Position numbers and translations under genes: made by a program. The notes beneath the pieces were generated by a model that was not told the origin of the DNA, did no database searches, and saw only the letters and a list, made by a program, of their open reading frames with translations. Below, in pieces: positions 1-9,000 of a stretch of DNA of 32,817 nucleotides. This DNA is from Aquimarina sp. (GTDB lineage Bacteria; Bacteroidota; Bacteroidia; Flavobacteriales; Flavobacteriaceae): the NCBI GenBank assembly GCA_020628975.1, contig JAHDEF010000003.1:1-32817 (forward strand), read 5' to 3'. Every line of letters starts with the position of its first letter. The first letter of the stretch is position 1.

Positions 1-2
1 CT

Positions 3-3000
3 GGAGATTCTGTTACTGTTATATCTGGACAAACAAATCCTTTAATCGGAAGCACAAGCCCAGTAGCTAATTTTTCTTTCGACAGTTCTAATGGAGACGG
101 CATATATACTTTAGTAGTTACCGATGGTAATGGGTGTATGGCAGCGGATACATTAAATATAAATTTCCCTCCAGAAATACAAATAAATACGGAAATATTA
201 AATGGTTGTATTCCTAACGCTACAGTTACAGATCCGATTGCAATAAGAATAGCAATAACCGATCTATCTGGGATTGCTCCTGGTGGAAATTATATTCACA
301 GATGGTATGCGCAAGGAACAGATCCTGCTTCATTACCTGCATTTTCATCACCATTCTCAAGTGATAACCCAATATTCATAAATGATACAGGCATTACTTC
401 AGCAGGAATATATGTTGTTGAAGTCCAAGATGAAGCAAGCGGGTGTCCTGTTACGGATACTTTCGAGATTTTAGCACCTGTAACAGCGAGCTTAACTGCT
501 AATGACCCTATTCGATGTGATGCTAGTGGGAATATTCCTTCAAATCGATTTGTATATGAAGCTGCATTGTCAATTATGGGAGGTGTTGGGGTTCCCTATG
601 ATTTAGAAGTTTTTGATGGTACAGGAACAGAAATTACGGATCAGATAAGTATTGTAGATCGTGATACCGCAACTCCAAGGTTTTTATTTACAAGTGCATT
701 CGATACAGATGCGAGAAGAGCGATTAGCATTCGAGTTATAGATAATGCAACCCCAGTAAATTGTCAGTTAGCTACGCCAACCACTTTCAGTATAGAAGTT
801 CCCGAATTCCCAAGTGCGACAATAGAATTTGAGCCTATAGAATGTAATAACGGAAATACCAATATCACTATTAATGCAACGCCTACTTCTGAAACCTTAG
901 AATATCGTTTTTGTGGTGAAGATTGTACCGAGGCAGATTTAGAAGCACTAGCTTTTGTTTCTGGTGCTAACGTAGCTAATGGTATTGAAGCAGGAGTATT
1001 TAGGTATCAAGTAAGGAATAGCTTAGGTTGTATTTTTTCTGATGACTTTAACATAGAAGAGCCTAGTGTACTCTCTGTAAATACAGATGATTCAGAACCA
1101 GTTACTTGTGGTTCTTTAGGTTCAGGAAGTGATGGTATTATCAGGGCTCAAGCCTCTGGTGGAGCTCTTGGTGGAGCTGCTGTTAGATATACTTATGAGT
1201 TAGTAGGTAATGGAACTATTAGAACAAGAGAAAATATTACTTCTCAAGCTACGTTTAACAATATCGTAGCAGATATTACATATCAGTTAACAGTTACTGT
1301 TTTAACTAATAGTGGTGTGCCAACTTCATGTACATTAACAAGACCAATCACCTTACCAAATAATCCATCGTTTGAAGATATTGGTTTTGAGACTGAGGTA
1401 ACAGATTGTAACAGCGGGGTATCATTATATTTTGTGTTGGATAATGCTAATGATGCATCTCAATTAGAAATAGGTGTAGAGGGAGCAGATTTTGTAAGCC
1501 CTGAAATAAGTGCTACGGATGATGTAGCGCGTTTTGGTAATACTGATTTTACATCAGAACCGTCGGATATTACATTTAGTACGGGTATTGCCAATTCACC
1601 AGAAGCTCAACAACGTTACTTTAGAATTACAAACTTGCCATTTAAAACGGCAGGAGAAGAATATGTTATTCGAGTGAGAGAATTGGGTACCTTAAATAAT
1701 TGTCCTACTACGTTAGAATTTCCAGCTGAAGTTAATCCTTTCATCACGATTACCGAAGTCAATCCTACACCAACTGGTGCTTGTACAGCAGATACAGGAA
1801 CATTAGAGGTTGTTTTTGAGGTTAGTGATACTAGTCTGTTAGGTGAAACGTTTACTGCTGAAGTTTTTGATGGAACCACTTCATTAGGAACACCTGGTAG
1901 TGGAGTAATCACGACTTCTCCAGGAACGTTAATTATTACAGGTTTACCTGAAATTACTACAGCTACGGTGGTGGTAAGTAGTGGAAGTTGTGAAGCTACG
2001 GCACCTTCACCAGCTTTACCTGTAAATCCCATGCTTGAAAATCCAAGTGGTGGTTCAACTTTAGCTAATTGTAATGACAATGCTGTTTTAAGTTTATCTG
2101 CTAGTGGTGGTAGTGGTAATTATAGTTTCTCTATTACAAATATCAATGCTGCTGCGCCAGGAACTTTTGGGGCTTTAGGAACGAGTTCTTTTGAAATGAA
2201 CTCGAGCGAAGCAGTTGCTTTAGATAGTAGAATAACATTAGTTGAGAACATTTCAAGTCCAACTATTGCGCAACAAGCTGTTATAGATAGTGATCCGTTT
2301 GTTTTTGGATTAGTAGATGTTTGGGTAAGAGATTCAAATCTATGTGTTGCAGGTCCTGTACCTGTTGGAGTAAGAAGAGTAAATACACCAAGTTTTACAA
2401 TTTTAGATATTGCTAATGAGTGTGATGGAAACTCTTTTGATGTTTCGTACCAAATAGGAAACTATGATGCTAATCAAACGTATCGTATATCAGGTTCCTA
2501 CAGTGAAAATATAAACGCTGCATCTTTAACTGCTGTAACTGCAACAACAGTAACAGGTACTTTTACAGTTAGTAATAGAGGAGATTTTGATATTAATTTA
2601 TCAGGAAACGCTACTGCCTGTACCGTACCGGCATCGTTTACTATTTTTAGTCCATTTACGACTACGGTTACCGCAGGAAATGCCAATTGTGATGGAAGTA
2701 TTACAGGTATTAGTATCGCTGCGCTAAATAATGGTTTTGTAAACCCTAATAGAAGCGTTGTTTACGAATTATATCAAGGCACAGATACCTCAGGAGGAGT
2801 TATTGATATCCCTCAAACGGTAAATGCTGCAAATCCGGGTAGTATTACATTTAATACAGGCTTAGTAACGGCTACTAGTTATTTGGTAGTAATAAGAGAT
2901 ATTTTTGATCCATCTAACGGTTCAAGCGCAAGAGTTTGTGAAAGAAGTTTCCCTGTAGCTCCTGTTGATGCCATTCCTTCTATAACAGTTTCTAATGAAA

Positions 3001-6000
3001 CACCAGTTTCACCAAGCTGTCCTAATACGGCAACGGGTAGTGTAGAAATCACGGTTTCTCCAGATACGGTATCCATTTCTGAATATGCGTTGTTCTTTTA
3101 TAGTTCTGCAGTTGCAGCTGATAATCATGCTTCAACACCATCAACTAATGTAACAAGGCAAACCACACCCGCTTTCTTTGGTTTAGAAGATGGTTTCTAT
3201 GTTGCAGAAGCAACTATTGATGGAACGGTATGTTCAACAGCAAGTTCTCGATTTGAAATTCAAGACCCTGTTTTACCAGTTATAGCGGACTTCAACATAG
3301 TAGGCAATCAGGTGTGTAACAACACCACCGAAACAGGTGAACGTTCAGCGAGTATCAGCATTACTTTCCCAACGTTACCAGATGATGGTGATTATGTGTA
3401 TAGAATTGTAAGAGCAGGTAATTTCGATAGTGGTGATGTAGGTTTTGATAATACGAGTGATAATCCTATTTTGATTGAAAATATTCCTTTTCCAGAGGTT
3501 ACAGGTCAGACATTTACGTATACTGTAAGCATTACAGATAATAGTCGTCCGACTTGCCCTCAGGCATCAATAGGTAGTCAAAATATCACTTTTACTGCTT
3601 GTCCAGAGTTTGTGCCTGATCCTGAAGTAGTCGATATTCAGGTGTTACCTACGGCCGTAGCTTGTAGTGATGAAGAGTTATTTGATATCAGCTTTAGAGT
3701 TACTGATACAGGAGATCCAAATTTCCCATTTACATACGACGTATTTGGTGGTCCACCTTTCGTAAATGATAACGGAAATAATATAACTGTAGATCAAGTT
3801 GATTTGACAGGTTTAAGTGTCGATGATAGAGATGATTATCAAATCACGTTGATATCTCTTGATCCTGATAACTACGTTTTTTCAGAAAATAGGGATGTGA
3901 TTACAATTCCATTATTGTCACCAGGAGACCTATTTATTCCGAACCCACTTAGCGTTTCTTTAGTAGATGTTACGCCTATTTGTACAGGAAATGCTTATAC
4001 TGAAAGTTTAGAACTAAGAGTTCCTGATGGCTTGGGTACAGGTCCATTTACATTTGAGCTTTTCCCAGTGGTTGACAATTCAGATCCTGATAATATTATT
4101 TTAGGAACTTCTTTAGGAACAGATACCCCTGTAGCAAGAACTTCTACCGCTTTTTCGGTGAATACTAATGGAAATTATAGAGTAGTAGTAACGGACAATA
4201 CAACAGGAGGTCCTTGTAGTGCAATTACAGATTTTCCAATTGTGTTACCAAACCCATTAAATGCTACACTAACGCCATTAGATGTTTGTCTTCCAGATAC
4301 TGATTTAAGAGTTAATATCACACCAGGAAGCTCACGTCCAACACGATACCGTTACTATCGATCGGGTACTACGCCGCCAACATTTGATAATCTTATCACT
4401 ACAACCACTTCTCAATTCAATATTCAAGATATTGATGAAGCAGGAACTTGGACAATAGAGATAACCAATGATGATGGTTGTATCTTTTCTTTAGGTGATG
4501 TTATTATTAATGCAACTTTAGCAACAACTAATGTTAATAGATTTAACCCTACTTGTACGGCTGATGGAGATGTACCTGGAGATGGAGCTACGATTTCATT
4601 TATGGTCACTGGAGGAACAAGTAGCTATTTGTACACCTTTGATGAGGTAACTACAGATACCAATGGTGATGAAGTTTTAACACCTGTGACGAGATCAGAT
4701 GTTGCTATTTCAGGAACAAATGCAAACCCAACTTTCGGATTTGATAGATCGATGTTCGACGGTGCTACGATTCAAATTTCTATTAACGACAGCAATGTCG
4801 ATGGAACCTGTAATTTGTCAATCACCGAACGTTTTGGACCCTTATATCCTGAAAATCTAACAGCTGGTTTTATGACCAATGCTATACTTTGTGAAGGTGA
4901 ATCAGGTTCGATAGTAATCGATATGCCTACTTCAGGATCAGGGGCATTTACCTATACATTTTATGAAGCTGATTTATTTGTGGATGTTGCTACTAGTACA
5001 CCGCTTCAGGGTCCATCGAATATACCATCATACAGCACTGAAAATCAGTTAAATGTAATTTATGTTGTAGACGACACGAATACAGGCTGTCGATTTATTT
5101 CTAGCGCCATTGCCATTTCAGATACTACTGTTCAAGCAGATAATATAATGGCTACAGACATTACTTGTTTGAATGCTAATGCAGGTAGCGTAACAGTTAA
5201 TGTTTCTAGAGGTTCGGGTACATTTAGATATGAACTTTTAGATCCTAACGATACGAGTCTTCCTGCAATAGCGACTATTGATAAGACACCTGCTGATACT
5301 GATAACCGTCAGGCTGTATTTACAAGCTTAGTACCAGATGAATATTTAGTGCGTATTACAGATACAGGCAATAGCTGTCCTACTTCAATAGAAACAGAAA
5401 CGGTGCGCGTTGCCGCAGTTTCAGATATCGAGATTAGGGATATTATAGGTTTTGCTTGTGACGATGCAAGTGGTGCAACATTTATCTTTTCTGTATTTGA
5501 GCCAGGAATCACGCTACCAGCACCTTATGAAATAGGTATTAACGGGGCTACTCCTGTTGATCCATCAGCAAATTTAACGGATGATTTTTACACCTTCGAT
5601 GAAGCTGATGCAGCAGGGATTGTTCCTGCTGGGATTAATATTTCCACATCACAGAGAGAACGTTTCTATGTAGTAACGGGTTTACCAATTGGTGTAGAAC
5701 ACGATCTAATTATTTTGAATAATAGTACAAGAGGAGGAACAGGCTGTACAAGATCTGCTCAATTACTACAAAATACAGATCCTATAGAGGATATCAGAGG
5801 ATTTGCTTGTGATGATGATGGAGGTGCCACTTTTATTTTCTCAGTACCAGGAAATGATCCTGGACCTTTCTTAATTAGTGTAAATGGTGGACCAGATATC
5901 GACCCATCGGCAGACCTTAATGATAACTTTTACACGTATGCCGAAGCTGCTGCTGTATCGCCTGCTGTTATTCCATCAGTTTTCCCAATACCTGATGCTT

Positions 6001-9000
6001 CAGAGCAAAATGAATTCTATATCGTAACTGGCTTACCAACGGCAATAGATAATGTGTTAATAGTTACAAGCGATGATTCTCGTGGAGGTACAGGTTGTGA
6101 GCGTGAGGCTGTTTTGAGAAGAGATACCGATGTAATTGATACGATTACAGTAACACCTACAGGGATTACAAATTGCCCTAGCGATAGCGTGATTACCTTG
6201 GGTTCAGCTATTGTAAACTTTACTATTGGTACTAGCACAGCTACTGATTTTGAGATGACCTTATTAGATGCAGATACCTTTGCACCTGTAGGAGGGATAT
6301 CACCGTCAAATCCAATAGTAACAACAGTAGCCAATATTGACTTTACGTTTACTAATTTACCAGCTGGAGATTATGTAGTGCAAGTTTATGAGACAGGGTC
6401 AAGTTGTGGAACCATTTCTGACCCATTTACTATAGAAGAAATACCACCATTAGTAGCACCTACAGTTTTAAGTAATTTTCCTGCTAATTGTAATGAAGAT
6501 GCTTTAGTAACGGTTACAGCTTCAGGAGGAAATCCTTTCGATACAGGTGTTCCATACGAGTACGCTATAAGATTGGATGGAGATGTTACTCCAGTAACTT
6601 CACTTCCTTTTGCTCAAGATGATTCTTTTGAAATAGCTATAACTCCTCCGGCAACTTCAGCGATGTACGAACTATATGTTCGTGATGAAAATAATTGTAT
6701 TGTTCGAGGAGCTAATTTTACCATAACCCGTACACCAGAACCGGAAGTTTCTATTGTAACGCCTGTAAGTAGTAATCAATGTAATGGAACTAGTAATTTC
6801 CCAGTAACCATACGTATTGATAATTACGTAAGTACACGAGCTCCATATCGAGTAGAAATTCAACAAGGAACGGAAATTACCAACCAAATCCTTAACGTTG
6901 ATGAGGGTACTTTTGAGGCAGAAATTAGTTTACCTAGAAGAGGTAACTTTACAATTAACGTTTTTGATAATATTGGTTGTAATGATGCAGGGAATGCCTT
7001 TGAAGTTCGTGAGGCATTAACAGCAATGATTGATCCAACTCCTACAGCTAATTGTGATGGTACGATTACAGATATTAATGTGACCATATCTGGTGGTTCT
7101 GCTGACCCAGCTAATGTTACTTATGAATTGTTTAGAAATGGAATTTCTATAGTTGGTGCTCAAGCTGCACCAAACTTTGCTTCTTCTCCTCTTTTGATCA
7201 CAGGAGCAGATTACGAAGTTGTGGTAAGAGATACATTCGAAACTATAAATGGTACACCTTTAGCAAGGGCATGTAGTGCTACAACAATACCGATTAATAT
7301 TCTACCGATCGAGCGTTCTACACCCGATGAAATCATTGAAATTTCACCTATTACATGTACAGATGATACAGATGGTGGATTAAGATTACCATTGGATGCA
7401 GCCTTAGGTACTAGTCCAGCTTTACCAATAGAATTTGCATTATATATTTATACAAGTGAGGTAGATGCATTGGCGGCAATTGCTGAAGTTCAAACGAGTG
7501 GAGTAGCTCCTTCAACAGGAACACAAATTGGTACAGTACAATCGAGCGATCTTTTTAGCAACTTAGATGATGGTTGGTATGCAGGTTTCGTGATTAACAA
7601 TAGTTGCTATACAGCTTTCCCAATACCTGCTGAGTTGGTCAATCCAGATCCTCATGTGGTAGCTGATATTACCGGAACTGTAATTGAGGGAAGTTGTAAT
7701 CCAAATCAAAACCCTATATATCGAATTAGTGTAAATGACGTAGCAGGTATCGAGCCTTACTTCTATCAAATTGATGGAGGTCCAAGGATCTTAATACCAG
7801 GTACGGATGTGGTTGATGATACTACGATTATTCCTCCATTGGAAGTAGATGTTAACTTAACACCAGGCCCGCATACGATAACCTTTAGTGATAGTGTGAA
7901 CCCTATTTGTTTTGTTGGACCATTACGTCAAGAAAGTCCGATAATTCCTGAATTTAGACTTCCAGAAATTGCGGTTTCTCAATCAGCTGCTTTTGATTGT
8001 TTAAGTGATGAAGTTGTAGATATCGTAGTAACAGGAAATAGAACTACTACCTATGAAGTAGCTGCTTTTAGAACCGATGGTTCTTTAGTTACACCTATCC
8101 CATCTATGTTAGCGATTCAACGTACTGCTCCTGATGACGATGAATTTACAGTACAATTCACATTAACAGAACCTGGTACATATGTGTTTGAAGCAACAGA
8201 CACTGCAGGTAATGGTTGTAGTGTGGTTTCTGATCCATATAGTTTTGAAAACGTTGAACAATTAAGTGCAAGTTTAATTGGTGTGCCAATGGTTGATTGT
8301 GTGGGTGATGAAGATGCTGCAATAACGTTCAGAGTTGATAATTTTGAAGGATTCTTAGCTTATGATATTACACCGCGACCAACAGGAAGTACGTTCCCTA
8401 TAATAGTGGATACAGCTACAATAACAGATCCTAATAGAGAAATTAGTTCACCAGCCATTTTCGGTGCTGGAGATTATGTGTTGACGGTTACAGCAGTTGC
8501 TGATATTTCTGGAGCACCCCAAAGTGTCAGATCGGAATGTACTGCTACTAGAATGGATGTAAGCGTGGGCGATCCTAATACTCCTGTAGAATTGAGAGTC
8601 AATGATGTCGATCCTATTACTTGTAGTAATGAAGCGGATGGTGTTGATATTGTTGCTCAAGGATTATTTGGTAATCCTCCATACGAATTCCAACTGAGAA
8701 GAATTGCTCCGACAGTAGCGGATATTCAATTATTCGGAATGACACCAGTTAATGATACAGGTGTTTTCGCAGGAATAACTGAGCCTGGTACCTATGAGAT
8801 AAGTATTAGAGATAGTAAAAGTTGTGAAGTGTTAATGCCAACGGAGATTGTTATTGAAGAATTTAGAAGCCTACCAAGTGTTTCTATAACCACGGTTCAA
8901 CCAAATTGCCCTGGCGATAGAGGTTCAATAGTGGTGGATGCTACCATAAATAATAGTATTTCAGGTGAAGAAAATCCAATTATTTACCGATTACTTCAGT

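Noticed and set aside
138-140. ATG138 as the start of the giant gene
   Set aside because: The frame is open to the window edge, ATG138 follows a repeat motif (VTDGNGC-M), and there is no signal peptide.
1616-8660. Short minus-strand ORFs within the adhesin gene
   Set aside because: Antisense shadows of a long coding frame, with no recognisable motifs.
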